Shown piece after piece: positions 29,065-43,604 of a stretch of 64,000 nt of DNA. The position numbers were made by a program, and so were the translations under genes. How positions within the stretch are numbered: the first letter of the stretch is position 1; each line of letters begins with the position of its first letter. The notes under the pieces were generated by a model. The model did no database searches and had not been told where the DNA came from. It saw only the letters and a list, made by a program, of their open reading frames with translations. This stretch comes from Eledone cirrhosa (Eukaryota), in assembly GCA_964016885.1 (NCBI GenBank), contig OZ024742.1, positions 279,186,001 to 279,250,000 of the forward strand, written 5' to 3'.

Positions 29065-29620
29065 TTAATATAGATGAGCCTCTACAGGACTAGAACAATA
29101 AGGACAGGCACCCAATATTTGAACTTGTTTATAGAATTCTCTCTGCCTTTGTCACTCACTCTAAGTAGAGCCTTAGAGAATTAGCCTTTAAGGAATTTCC
29201 CTTTTCTTTAAACCCATAAACCATGACTGACCCCCAACCATCTTATAGACACCTGAAATATAATCATTGCTGGCTTAAGTGAAGGAATAGGAGTGGCACA
29301 CCAATTTGAACTTGTTTATAGAATCCTTTCTGCCTTTGTCACTCTAAATATAAATTATAGCTTTAAATAATTATCTTTTAATGAATTCCCTTTTCTTTCA
29401 ACCAATGACCTCCATCCATCCCACTCCCCACCCTCTCCTACCACCAGAAAAGGTATAAATACCACCACATTTATTGAGACAATTAGATTCCTGATGATTT
29501 CTCAAGAATGAAACAGTTCTAGGCCTGTAGAATCTCATCTATATTAAAACTTGTATACTCTGCTATATATTGAGTACCTTACTTACTGTGGTTACCTCCG
29601 ATTCAACCCGGAATAACTTA

Positions 29621-29622
<2 letters not shown>
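29063..29622 (+). repeat. Family E pLTR-like unit with a short inverted 5' arm and an internal direct repeat
   Basis: 29063-29097 is inverted relative to about 29516-29548; direct repeat at about 29110 and 29300. Confidence 0.75.
29485..29535 (+). ncRNA. Type I hammerhead ribozyme, family E
   Basis: AGATTC CTGATGA T TTC tcaa GAA T GAA ACAG ttctaggc CTGT A GAATCT: 6-bp stem I, 4-bp stem III, GUA site. Confidence 0.82.
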
Positions 29623-29706
<84 letters not shown>

Positions 29707-30164
29707 TGTAAAGATGAAAGATGTGAACTTCATGACCAAAATGTTTGGATCAGCCATTCAAGCACGACAATTTCCCGTCAAAATTCACAAGTAGCCATCA
29801 GACCACATTATCAGTACATGACGAAATATTAGATAGCACTAAATTAATCAATAACACTGAAGTTCTATAAAGAATTCCATAAAAAATCAAACTGAACAAT
29901 TATATCTGAATCAGAATATAAAAGAAAAATTAGCACAAAGATACAGCATACGTAAAAACAATTATGATATCTGCTATGCTTCGGCCGTATAGACATTTTC
30001 AATCAGGTGTCTACAATTTCCTACCTGATAATCTATCACTAGCATCACTATTCGTAGTCTGAAAATGGGGACGTGACGGTGTCCTAACTTTGATACAAAC
30101 ATGAATTTAGGAATATTTTAAAACTAAGCATGATGTACTAATTCACCCACTTCTATTTGCATGT

Positions 30165-30408
30165 TTTTAGAAAGGCACTTCCTTCATTTCACGTTGCTCC
30201 AGTCCACTCACCTGTCAAAATTGAGTTGTACCTGTAATTCGAAGGGCCAGCCTTGTCAGATTTTGTGTCACGCCGAATCTCCCTGATAACTAGGTTAAGG
30301 GTACGCGTGTTTGTGGAATGCTCAGCCATTGAGCGTTAATTTCACGAACAGGCTGTTCCGTTGATCACATCAACTAGAACACTCGTCGTTGTAACCGACG
30401 GAGTGCCT
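30165..30408 (+). mobile_element. SINE body/3' fragment
   Basis: gttgctccagtccactca..gagttgtacctg..gtaaccgacggagtgcc; recalled resemblance to a cephalopod SINE. Confidence 0.55.
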
Positions 30409-31008
30409 TACATTTGTATGTTATTATTTATTATTTTATCTTTAAAAAAAAATTTTCCTTTTATGCTTTTAACATCTGAAATTCAGATTCTCATAAAAAA
30501 TGTTTCCTATATTTTATATCTCACCTCTATTTTACTAACAATCTGTATAACACTTCATCTTGAAAAAATATAAGTTCTCAAACTTACAGAGGGTCGTGTA
30601 ATATAAGATAGATTCTTTATTATACTTGTGAACTACACTTTGAATTTATTTCGGCTAAAACTCAATTATATACGGTATTATATTACATATTGGGTGAATT
30701 ATATATAATTTATCTATTTTGAGGTATTTACATGTTCGTTTCGGTAACTCACAAATCACATGATTTGATTGTCATTGTTGTCATAACGGTGGTTTGAAAT
30801 TCAATCATTCTGTATATTATATAAAAATGCATCTATTTTCTTAATGGAGGATAATACGTGAAAACCTATTATAGCATGGTATTCAGCTTGTTTGGGATCC
30901 CTATATGTGAATATGAGTGCGTGAAATCATAAAAATTCAAAAATTCCCGTGTTTAAATAATGAGATCGTGATACACTTATACTTCATATGTAAATATTTC
31001 TTTATGAG

Positions 31009-31040
<32 letters not shown>

Positions 31041-31309
31041 GTTGAGACGAGACCAATTCAGTTCGAAATGCCCATCGACGATTGTCCCCCTTTCTTCTGC
31101 TGGACACCACCAGGTGGTGATAGCTGGTGGTGTTTCTGCATAGCTACGGCTTTCTAAATGTTTATTTATATACATACCGTATTTCTTTAGCGATACGAAA
31201 TTCCAATACATATCTGTATACAGCTATGCTCGAAGCTAAATTCTAATTCTAGTAATTAAATATGTATATGATACAACACTGATTCTGTATTTCGTTATAT
31301 ATTAATACT

Positions 31310-31359
<50 letters not shown>

Positions 31360-31515
31360 TATATATATATGTCAAATCTCTTTCGTTACAAATTTTGTGA
31401 ACTCTTCAAGGAATACTTTTCTCACTTTGTGTCCCCACTTATTATACCATCTTGTATTTCAAATACAAAAATCAAGTGTACATACATATATATATATATA
31501 TGTGTATATATGTAT

Positions 31516-31603
<88 letters not shown>

Positions 31604-32134
31604 GTGTGTGTGAGTGGGGGGGGGGGGGTCGTGGGGTGATGACAAGTTTAGCAGAAACAACAAAACAAACATCACAGCATTTGAAAGGAATATATTAGTT
31701 TAACGCTTGAAATTGAAAAAGGAAGAAGGAGGGTGTTAAGGCTTCGCGCGCTACTCCTTCATCAGAAAAAAATTTATATATATATATATAATATGATTTG
31801 ACTGCTATTTCTAGTAGATGTGGTGATCATGTGTAGAGTTTCATTGTCTGGCTCAATTGAATATCGAAGCTTTAAATTTTCAGCCGGCGAAGCACAGGAA
31901 ACTATAAACGTTGGATTGGTCAATTGGTTAAGACTATGTCTTTTGATGTTGTATTTCACTTCCTTTATATTTTATCAATTTTTACTTGATCGGCTTTTTA
32001 TTTACTTTCTTATCGATCTGTGCTCGTCACATTTCCTCTTTCGATTTCTATTTTTTTTTTAATTTGTATTGCAAGCCATTATTAACTTTTGTCTTTAGCT
32101 TTACTTCAGCCACCAACTCCTAATTTGGGTCTTT

Positions 32135-32135
<1 letters not shown>

Positions 32136-32171
<36 letters not shown>

Positions 32172-32178
32172 CAGCAGC

Positions 32179-32225
<47 letters not shown>

Positions 32226-32340
32226 CAGCAGCAGCAGCAAGATTGCAACTGTAGTAGTAGTAATATTAGCAGGAGCAGCTGCAGCTGTAGTAGTAATTCT
32301 TGTTGTTGTTGTTATAGTTGTTTTTGCCGTTGTAGTATTA
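32136..32340. repeat. (TAG)n/(CAG)n microsatellite
   Basis: Direct read. Confidence 0.95.
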
Positions 32341-32462
32341 GAGTCGTCATGTGTGTGCGTATGCATATGTGTATGCATGTATTTATCAATGTATGTATGT
32401 ACGCATGCAAGTAATTCTGCATGTGCGTAGTGATATTTTATTCATCCCCTCTCTCTCTCTTA

Positions 32463-32682
32463 GGGCGGGGATTGGCAGTATCGGTAGAGTGTTGGACGCC
32501 ATGCGTTGCAGCATAGAGTTACGGCCCTTTATGATCTGAGTTCAAATCCCGCCGATGTTAACTTTGCCTTTCATCCTTACGGGATCGATAAAATAATATA
32601 CCAATCACGCACTGGAGTCGATTTAATCGACTTTACCCTCCACCCAAATTGCTGGCCCTGTGCCTATAGTAGAAATCACTTA
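32463..32682 (+). mobile_element. tRNA-derived SINE (Meta-domain type), near full length
   Basis: A-box-like tggcagtatcgg, B box gagttcaaatccc, gcctttcatcc..gataaaat core. Confidence 0.85.
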
Positions 32683-32685
32683 TTC

Positions 32686-32759
<74 letters not shown>

Positions 32760-32761
<2 letters not shown>

Positions 32762-35700
32762 GGAAAATTTGAACAGGAACAAAACAGAGAGGCAGTACAA
32801 CGAATGTTAATTAATTTCACGCTCTGGAGAGTGGGGTGGCGGTGGGGAACGACGTTTCGGGCATAAACCCTTCCTCAGGTGAGAAGTGTGTGGGAAGAGA
32901 GTTCAAAGGGTGTGTAGGGAGTGGTGGAGAGATATATAGCGAAAAAGGGGTGGGAGGAAACGGTGCGAATGAAATTAAAAATAAAAATAAAAATAAAGCA
33001 TGATCAAAATAAAATGAAATGAAATAAAAATAAATATAAAAGCATGATCAAAATAAACTGAAATTAAAAAGGGGTAAAACAGGTGGTGGAAGGGTGTGGG
33101 GTGTGTAGGGGTGGTGGCGGGTGGAGTGGGGAGAGGGAGACGGGGTGTCCGAGCGGGGAGGATGTGGTTGAAATCTTGGTAAACTCCTATGATGTTAGTA
33201 GATTCCACGGTGGTCAAGTTCCACATACGAGTATTCCATGAAGAGATGGTCGGAAGAGGAGAGATGTGGGGTGCGCGCGCAACAGGAAGTGGTCAAGGCG
33301 GTGGGAGTGCTGTGTGTCTGTTTGTGCTGGCAGGTGGTCAGAGGGCATAGCAGCAGTCGGGTGGAATGGTAAAGGGGCAAGGATGGGTAGGTGTGAAAGT
33401 TGGAGTGAGGAGGGTGTGTGTGTGTATTAGTAGAGGTGTTAGTGGGATGAGTGAGTGTGGAGAAAGGGTGTGGGTGGAGCGGGGAGAGAAGGGTGTGGGG
33501 GTCGATGGAGGGAGTGTGGTGTACTGGTGTGTATGTAGTTTGATGAAGGGGGTGTTAGTGGGTGTTAGTATACGGGAGGTGGGGAAAGGGTTGAATGCAG
33601 GTGTGAGTGGGGGTTAGTGGTGGTAGGGTGTGTAGAGTTGGTGGTGTACGAGGGGGTGTGGGTACGTGTGAGTGGGGTTGGGGGTTGTTAGTGATGTTAG
33701 TTGCGTGTGGGTGGGTGGTGTAAGTGGGTGCGTGTGTTCGTGTGCTTGGGGTCAGGGGGTGTTAGTGATGTTAGTTGCGGGGTGGTGGGATGGAGGTGTG
33801 GGGGTGAGGGTTAGTGGTGGTAGTAGGGTGTGTCTTTAGTGTGAGCGCGTGTATATATGTGCCGGTGGGTGTGTGCGTGTGATAAGGAGGGTGGAGGAGA
33901 AGAAGGGAGGGATGTCAGTATGTTAGTTGGGGAAGGGTGGTCGGATGAGGGGTGGAATGGAGGTGTTAGTATTGTTATATGTGGGGTGGGCGGTGAAAAG
34001 GAGGGGTGTGTTATTGGTGTTAGTTATGGATATGTGTGCGGGGAGAGGGGCGATCGAAGGCTAAAGGAATAAGGGTGGCGAGTTCAGGCCGGGGGGAGTG
34101 TGGGTCTGTAAGATGAAGATGGTTCTTTGTTCGACTCTGAGGAGATTGGCGGGTGTTCCGTGGCATTAGAGTAGGCCACAGACTGTGAGATGGCGTGCGG
34201 AATGTCCAGGGGCACCAAAGTGGCGGGCGATGGGGGAACTACCACCGAGATGAATATCCCGGAGGTGCTCAGTGAATCGGTCCGCCAGGCGACGTCCCGT
34301 CTACGAATTCCGTAGACTAGGTTTGGAGGAGGTGCAGCGGAAGGCATGCCGGACAGAGAGAGAGTGGTCGTTGGGACCCTGGAAGGTGGTGGTGTTGGTG
34401 ATGTGGGGTCAGGTGTTGCAGCGTGGCATAGAACAGGGAAAGGAACCGTGAGGGGGCGTGGGGGGGCTGTGGACGAGGAGGGTGCGGAGATTGCGTGCGC
34501 GTTTGAAGGAGGGGAGTGGTGGGGTTGGGAAGATGTGGGAGGTGGAGGGGTCGGACTGGAGGCGTCGGAAGGGTAAGGTGGAGGGTAAGGTGGAGTGGTG
34601 GTAGGTAATGGGGAAGGGGAGACGGTGGGTGGGTGTGCGGTGGCGTGGGGTGAGGGTGGTGGAGCGGTGGGCAGCACGGGCTGGGGTGAGAGCGCTGTGG
34701 ACGAGAGAGGGGGGATAACCTCTGCGGATGAAATGGCTGACTAGGGAAAGGGCCTGGCACTCGAAGTCAGCATCTCGGCTACAGAGGCGGCGGATCCTGA
34801 GGAGTTGGGAGTAGGGAATGGAGTGTTTAGTTTGGGTGGGGTGGGAAGAGGTGAAGTCGAGGTAAGAGTGGGAGTCGGTGGGTTTGAAGAAGGCGGAGGT
34901 GACGAGGGAGTGGTGGGAGGGGTCGAAGGCGACGGAGATCTGTAAGAAGTGGACGTGGGTGGTGGAGATAGAGGTGGTGAAGTGGAGGGACGGGTGGAAG
35001 GAGCAGAAGAAGGGGAGAAAGGAGTCGAGCTGTTCTCGGGTGAGGGTCGTGGCTCCGATACAGTCGTCAATTTAATGACCGTACAGTTCGGGCGTGGGGC
35101 CGGTGTACTGGGCAAAGATTTGGGCCTCAACATGGCCAACAAAAAGGTTGGCATATTTCGGGCCCATTCTTGTACCCATGGCTACATCCGTGACCTGTTG
35201 GTAAAACTCACCCGAGAAGGAGAAACAATTGAGGGTGAGGACCAGCTCGGCGAGGCGAAGGAGGGTGGGGGTGTAGGGAATGGTGGAGGGGCGAAGGTCG
35301 AGGTAGTGTTTGAGGGCGCGTAGGCCGTCGGCGTGGGGGATGACGGTATAGAGGTACTTGATGTCTAGGGTGAAGAGGAAGGGCTGTGGGACGGGTGGGT
35401 AGGTGAAGGAGTCGAAAAGCCGCAGGGCGTGGTTGGTGTCGAAGATGTGGGAGGGGAGGGTGGTGAAAAGGGGGGCGAGGATGGAGTCGAGAAAGGCGGA
35501 GATGAGTTCGGTGGGGGCAGTTGCAAGCGGAGACGATGGGGCGGCCGGGGTTGTCGGGTTTGTGGAGTTTGGGGAGAAAGTAGATGTTGAGGGTGCGGGG
35601 GATGTGGACGATGAGGTGGGAAGCGGTGGTGGGAGGGAGGAGGCGACAAGGTCTTGGAGGGTGGAGGAAACTTGTTGTTGGTAGAGGGGTGTGGGATCGG

Positions 35701-35808
35701 AGGGTAGAGGGCGGTAGAAGAGGGGGTTACAGAGCTGCCTGAGGGCTTCGCCCGTGTAGATATCCGCGCTCCACACCACCACGGCGCCTCCCTTGTCCGC
35801 CGGTTTGA

Positions 35809-35812
<4 letters not shown>
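32760..35812 (-). mobile_element. GC-rich Penelope-like element, 5'-truncated, decayed
   Basis: IIKPADKGGAVVVW; LFTLDIKYLYTVIP; VAMGTRMGPKYANLF; *IDDCIG; endonuclease region TNLVYGI..LQTHTPPGLN (ends near 34075); long C-rich 3' UTR; (TA)n on both sides. Confidence 0.9.
32849..32880 (-). ncRNA. Minimal hammerhead in the PLE 3' end
   Basis: Minus strand: AC CTGAGGA A GGGT ttat GCCC GAAAC GTC GT; same sense as the ORF; stem I only 2 bp. Confidence 0.72.
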
Positions 35813-35850
<38 letters not shown>

Positions 35851-36379
35851 ATGTGTGTGTGTGTGTTTATGTGTGTGTGTGTACATATACATTAGCTGAA
35901 GCACTAGCATTTGGCGTTAACACAGTGACTAAGCCAATGTACGTACCTACGAAATGATAACAGCTTAAAATAGGAAACTTATATAAACTTATTATACGTA
36001 AATATATTGTAAATACTTTCATATGCACCGGTACTCTGAATTCCGCTGTATTAATGCTGCTGCTAATCTCTCCATCTATCTATTCTACAAGGAATCCTAT
36101 TTCCTCTCACCGAGTGTACCCGAACATAATTTCTTGCTGATCTTTGAAAAACCACCATATTATTAACACATTTTCCTTGTTGAATTTATTGCTAATCAAT
36201 TTTTAAGCATTTTATATAGCTCAATAACCTCATCTGTTCCATCAAAAAACAGGCGTTACATATTTACCCGCCCCTTCATAGTATTTGACGTCATTTGACA
36301 TTATATATCCACCTTATATTGATGATATCTACTGCAAATATAAGTGTTCGCTAATATTTTGTATATATGTATGTATGTT

Positions 36380-39300
36380 CTTCTGGTTTTATAATTTCAC
36401 AAAGATTTACCAATAGAGAGAGAGAGCCGGTTTCTAACATAGACACATGACTCTTTCATTGGAATTTACACATCAACTAGGTAGATATGTATGTATGCAT
36501 GCATGTGTAGATATGGATGTTATTGTATGTGTGGATGTGTATGTTTTGAGTAGTATGTGTGCATGTGTATATGCTTTGTATCTGTACATGTGTATATGCA
36601 GTTATTAGATGCAACATTTTTGGAATGTTTTACATATTTTACTGTTCCATTAATGGATTGTACTTGTAGTTTCCTAACTAGTTGTGTTCTTTACGTTCCT
36701 GTGAAGCCTAGCTTCTCAATATTTGTATTGAGGCAGTTACTAACATATCCCAGTGCCCCAATAATCAGAGGCATAAATCTGAAGGTGTAATCAGGGTGGA
36801 GTATCTGCAGATTTCTCATCAGTTCTGCATAAATAAGCTCCTTTTCACTAATCTTTGATATTATATTGGCATCTGCTGGGCAGCTAATTTCCACTACAGC
36901 GCATGTTTTTTTCTCTCTGTCTCACATCATAACATCTGGTCTGTTATGCCTGCATTTTATTGGGGTTTTTACTGGAACATTCCACCAGTACTCTTTCATA
37001 TTATGTACATGGATGTCTTTCACATTGTTGTAGCTTTTAATGTGTTTATTATTGGGTCTATCTTTTTTACGAACTGCATTGTACAGTGTTTTTGCCACTA
37101 CATCATGCCTCATAGGTAAATAGTACCGCGATGACATGCGTGATATCCTCGATGTTAGTTCTGCAGAGTCTGCACTTGTTATCACATCTAGGTGTTTTGC
37201 ATGCATCCCTATCTCTTCTGTGAATCAGGTATTTCGTGCTAATCTCCTGTTCTTGGATTGCAAAAACGTATCTTCAAAGTGGGAGCCAATATAGTGGTTG
37301 TTGGTCCAAGATAGACTACTTCCTTATCTATATTACTCTCACTCTGGAGCTTCCTGGCAACATATCCATGCATGATTTTTTGCTGATAGGCATGCTGTTA
37401 TTCATCCATGAATTCACTGCGATACTGCTGAGCGACATCCCTGGGTGTGAGTTTTTGATTATCACACAGGGAATATCTCTCGAGAAGTTCCTTCCCAACT
37501 CTCAAGATCTTATCTGTTTCATGCAGATAGACTTGCTCGAGAAACGGGCTCCTACGCTTCGAGGTTCGTAGATGTTGTCGGAGAGATATGATGCGACATT
37601 CAAATGTTGTCTGGACTGATGTTAGGCCCCTGCCTCCCTGCTTACGTTTTAAGTAAAGGCGCTCTATGTCACTGTTGATGTGGACGTTTCCGGTGTTGTT
37701 CAGTATTTTTCGAGTTCCAACATCAACTGCTCGGATTTCGTCTATCGTCCAATTGAGTATTCCAAACGTTGGTGTTAGGAAAGGCACAGAAAACACATTG
37801 TGAGCCACTGTTTTGTTTTGCGCAGAAAGTTCCGATGACCAGATCTTTCTTAATTGGGTGTAGTATTCCCTGGTTATGCGTTCTTTATTACAGATACCAT
37901 TATAGGATATGTTTTCATCTATCCCCAGGTATCTGTAACAGTCCTCATCAGATATCGGTGAAACAGTTAGGCCATTAATGACAATGTTGCTAGATTGGGT
38001 TGTTATTTTTCCCCGCTTTACAGTCATGTATGAGCATTTATCTTGGCCAAACTCCATTCCTATATCTTTTGAGAACGTTGTAACCAGGTCAAGATTTTTT
38101 CTTCATCCCACCCATGTTCTTGGCATAGAGTTTCAGATCATCCACAAATAAATTATGGGTTAGATTCGTATTTCTGTCCTCCTGTGAGCCAATGATGAAT
38201 CCCTCACATTTCTTGAGCAGAAAGGACCATGGGTTTAATGACGAGATGAATAATATCACAGAGAGACTGTCCCCCTGAAATATACCCCTGCAATATTTTA
38301 TTTTATCAGTGAAAATGGAGTCCTCCCTCTCTGTCTTTAACCTTCGGATAGTAGCCCAAGAAGAAGACAGCTTCTCTATGGCTCTGACAATAATGTCTGG
38401 GACTTCAGCAAGTTGGAGGGCCTCTATCATCCAAGATCGAGGAACAGAATTGAAAGCTTTCCTGTAGTCCAGCCAGACTGTAGCCATATTCCTCCTAAGT
38501 TATCGCACCTCCGACATCGCAGTTTTGTTTATTAGGAGTTGTTCTGCACATCCCTAAACTCCTTTCTTTCCAGCTGCTTGTTCATCTGTGACAATGTTAT
38601 TATTTTCACAGTGATCTTGGAGGAATAGGTTGAGGCAGGCTGTATACATCTTATAAATCAGGTTCTGGCATGCCATGGTTCGGTAGTTTTTTGTCAAGTG
38701 GGTGTCTTTGTTCTTGGGGACCAGTAATGTTTGTGCTAATGTCAACCATTCTGGTATAAGTGTATCTCCCCATAAGAACTTGTTGGTAGAGGTCAGTAAG
38801 TTACCTCCGATAGAATATCAGTTTTTTGTACCAGTAGCCGACAATCATGTCTCTTCCTGGTGTTTTCTTATCTTGGAGTTTTCCTATCACAGTCTCACTT
38901 ATTTTGTATGTTTTTGTTGTAGTGTAGAGGCAATAGTTCTTTCGGATTTCTCTTAGCCACACTGCATCTTGGTTGAAATTATTCTTTTCACCCCATATTT
39001 TTCTCCAAAAGGAATCTATGTCTTTCAGTGACACTTATTATTTTCCCCTTCATATCTCTATAGACTGATGTTTGGTTTCCTCTGAATCTTTTATTAAGCA
39101 CTTTTCTCTCATCTACCTTCTTCAGGTGTCGGCGTTTTTCGCTAACAGCTCTCAATTATTGTTTGAGTGTGATCAGCTTATATTGGAGAGTTCTGGTTCT
39201 ACTGTTTCCAAACATCGTCTCTATTTTATTTTACACTCTTTGTTGGTGAGGAGTGATGTCTTTTGTGTTTGTTTGCATGTAAGAAGCATTGTCACATATC

Positions 39301-40435
39301 CTATGTTTTTTCGTCGGTCAGTAATCTTTTTTTCTATTTTAGTTATATATGATGGTATTTTTGGTGGCGTTTTGTTCTTGTCAATATCTCTGCTATCACA
39401 AAGATAATGCTTCACTGTCGTTGCTATTGCATATAAACAGGCGTTCATTTGCCAAAATGTTGGGGTTTTTATCCGTCGTAAATATTCATCCCCTCTTTGG
39501 TCAATAAAACGTAGTATTTCATTATTTGTTTTTTTTATTCAACATTGTCGTTTTAACACGTTCAGCAAGAGAGATATTTATACTTTAGTTAATTTCTCTC
39601 TGGAAGATTTCGTTGAGGGAAATTTTCAATTGTTTATACTTTTGATTATCATTATCGATAGTATTTTCCACAACAATCGAAGTAGACTCGGATGGTACAC
39701 GTGGTGTCACATTTATTCGATTATTATTATTATCGATAGTGTTTTCCCCAGCATTCGAGGTAGACTTAGATGGTACAGGTTGTGTCAAGTTTCTTACAGG
39801 CATAGTTGTTTCAAGGCGCTGTTCGACCTGGCTGCTAGGAAGTCTAGTAGCATGGCGACGTGTAGCACGTGTTGTTGATAAGATGTTTGTTGTTGGAGAC
39901 TTATAATTAATAATATTTATCTTATTTTACGTTCAACAAACGTGGCTTGTTGGCGTAATTGTTTCGCTGTGAAATAATTTAGCTCTGGGTGCATTTCGTC
40001 CCAGTCTAGCTTCATTCTATTCATATAGCCAATGGAGGGATTGTTTTTTGCCATTTCATAACAATTAAATAAATCATTATTAAGTTCGCAACTCCAAGAG
40101 AAATGCGATTTATTATTTCGGTTTCTTCTGTAGCTACAACTGAATAAAGTTTGATTACTTTCCTTGTTTTTTGTCTTCGGTACTTCCTTAATTTTTTTGT
40201 TGATGTTGTGTTCAGCCATGCTGTTTGTAGCAAATCCTTGTAAAATGAATTATGTATTTAGTCGGATATCTCTACGAATTCAAATAAAAGGTGTCTTCAG
40301 AAGGGATAGTTAGAAGAATAACCAGTTATTCAACCTGATTGTAGTTGTGGCATTACTGTCGGAGTTAGTATTCATCTTAAATTTAATAAATAGTCTCCCA
40401 CGCTAAAATATGCGACTGATCGCGTTGACTGTCTA
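36380..40435 (-). mobile_element. Near full-length decayed R4/Dong-like non-LTR element (RT + restriction-like endonuclease)
   Basis: N-terminal GYMNRMKLDWDEMHPE; VWLDYRKAFNSVP; GIFQGDSLS; LFVDDLKLYA; YRYLG; RHDVVAK; HNRPDVM; EISCP; KELIY. Many frameshifts; coding span about 40219-36605. Confidence 0.88.
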
Positions 40436-40570
<135 letters not shown>

Positions 40571-41817
40571 TCAGGTCACCAGTTGGTGCTACTGGTAACA
40601 TGTATCCCAGTACAACCTGTCTCATGGTCGGGTCGTTGGCGACTAAACTGGCAACCTCACCAAGGTTTCTTGGTGAGGAGGGTGACTTTGGACATCCTGC
40701 AGGACTAAAAACAAAACCTGTCAAAGGGCAAAGGAGCTCTTAAGAGTCAATGGCCATCCAAAATCACCGGGAGAGATGACCCCTTAGCCTTTGTCAAGGC
40801 AGAATTCTAGGAGAAGGAAAACTCTGATATAACACCTGCAACTCTGATGGTATCCAATGATGTTGACTTGTTCTTCTTTTTGATAAATATCATCTTGGTT
40901 AAGAGAGTGGGACTGGCTTTGTGCAGTGCCTTTGCTCACTATAAAAGCTTCACGGCACAGGCATTGCTTTATATCTGGAGATCTCTCTGCACTTATCATC
41001 ACATGGTACCAAGGGCGCAGCACTATGTGTCAATAATTGTCACAAGTGTAGTGTTTGTACCAGAGTTTTCAAGTCGCTGGCTGGACTAAAAAGTCACACT
41101 TGTTTAGCGCATCGGTAGGCGTTCTCCTACATGGATATAAAGTAGTGGCCGTACTCGAAAACGAATTGGCAGCCACCATGTATGTATGCATGTATGTATG
41201 TATGTATGTATGATATTGTCAGGTCACCAGTTGGTGCTACTGGTAACATGTATTCCAGTACAACGTGTCCCATGGTCGGGTCGTTGGCTACTAAACTAGC
41301 AACCCCACCAAGGTTTCTTGGTGAGGAGGGTGACTTTGGACATCTTGCAGGACTAAAAACAAAACCTGTCAAAGGGCAAAGGAGCTCTTAATAGTCAATG
41401 GCCATCCAAAATCACCGTGAGAGATGACCCCTTATCCTTTGTCAATGCAGAATTCTAGGAGAAGGAAAACTCTGATATAACACCTGCAACTCTGATGGTA
41501 TCCAATGATGTTGACTTGTTCTTCTTTTTGGTAAATATCATCTTGGTGGGACTGGCTTTGTGCAGTGCCTTTGCTCACTATAAAAGCTTCACGGCACAGG
41601 CATTGCTTTATATCTAGAGATCTCTCTGCACTTGTCGTCATATGGTACTATGGGCGCAGCACTATGTGTCACTAATTGTCACAAGTGTAGTGTTTGTACC
41701 AGAGTTTTCAAGTCGCTGGCTGGACTAAAAAGTCACACTTGTTCAGCGCATCAGTAGGGGTTCTCCTACATGGATATAAAGTAGTGGCCGTACTCGAAAA
41801 CGAGTTGGCAGCCACCA
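40571..41817 (+). mobile_element. Two tandem ~600-bp non-autonomous elements with (TATG)n tails, possibly RTE-derived
   Basis: Direct copies 40571-41177 and 41219-41817; ctaggagaaggaaaactctg resembles RTE 5' UTRs (recalled). Confidence 0.8.
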
Positions 41818-42333
41818 TGTATGTATGTATGTATGAATTCATGCATGCATCTATGTTTGTTTGTATGTTTGTATGTTTGTATGTATGTACGAATGTATGT
41901 GTGCATGCACGCATGAATGTATGTTTGTATGTATTTATGTGTATGTGTATATATAGGTTCATATTAATGTATGTATGCTCACATGCATGTATGTATCTAT
42001 ATTTTTATGTATGTATGTGTACGTATGTATCGATGTATGATTTGTATGTTGGTAGGTGGGTATTTCTGTCAGTAAATATATATGCTATTGTGTATATCTA
42101 TGTCTGTATGTGTATGACATATGAAATATCACATGACATGACAACTATATGTGAAACTAAAATTATGAAAAATAAATACTCTGATTTCTATAGAGATTTA
42201 TACAACAATGTTTCTTTTCTCTGTATTTTTCCGTTGTTCTTAAAAATCTTTAATAATGTTGCAGGTGTTAAAATTTGAACCACCAATATATATACATACA
42301 TATGCTCGCGCGCATGCACACACGCACACACAC

Positions 42334-43117
<784 letters not shown>

Positions 43118-43604
43118 CGTGTGTGTATGCGTGGATTTCGGTGTGTTTGTGTCTGTCTGAAGTCTAAAGTTGGAAAGGTAATTATTCTACCTATATTGGC
43201 GATGAAGCAATATTTCTGAAAGATTCTAAAGTTATTTATCATTCATATCTGACTCTCCTTAAATAGAATCTTAAATGCAGAATTTTTCTTCCCAGTATAT
43301 CTTTGCACTCAAAGATTCACAGTGCATCATTTGCCTATACGTTCGACCTTTATTTGTTTATTGTCTTCGTGATTGGATTTCACCAGCAGTGTGAACGACG
43401 TTAAAGGTACCCAAGAATTAGGCAGTGATATTATTTGGACAACGAATAAACTCTTTTAAAGTTGCACCTACCAAAATAAGCCCTGGTTCTAAGAAACGTA
43501 TCTTCCCATATTTTAAAGTCAAATTTCTTATTATGAAAGGTTTTTCTGTAAGTAAATTATGTTAAATTACTATCTCAGTGATCATATAAGTAATAATTGG
43601 TTCT

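Noticed and set aside
31735-31770. Additional HHR-like remnants (also near 5461, 25590, 46221, 51781 and 59124)
   Set aside because: CTGATGA-like or GAAAC-like halves are present but the stems do not pair convincingly
34084-35154. Pro/Ser-rich extensin-like proteins
   Set aside because: Off-frame readings of the C-rich PLE ORF
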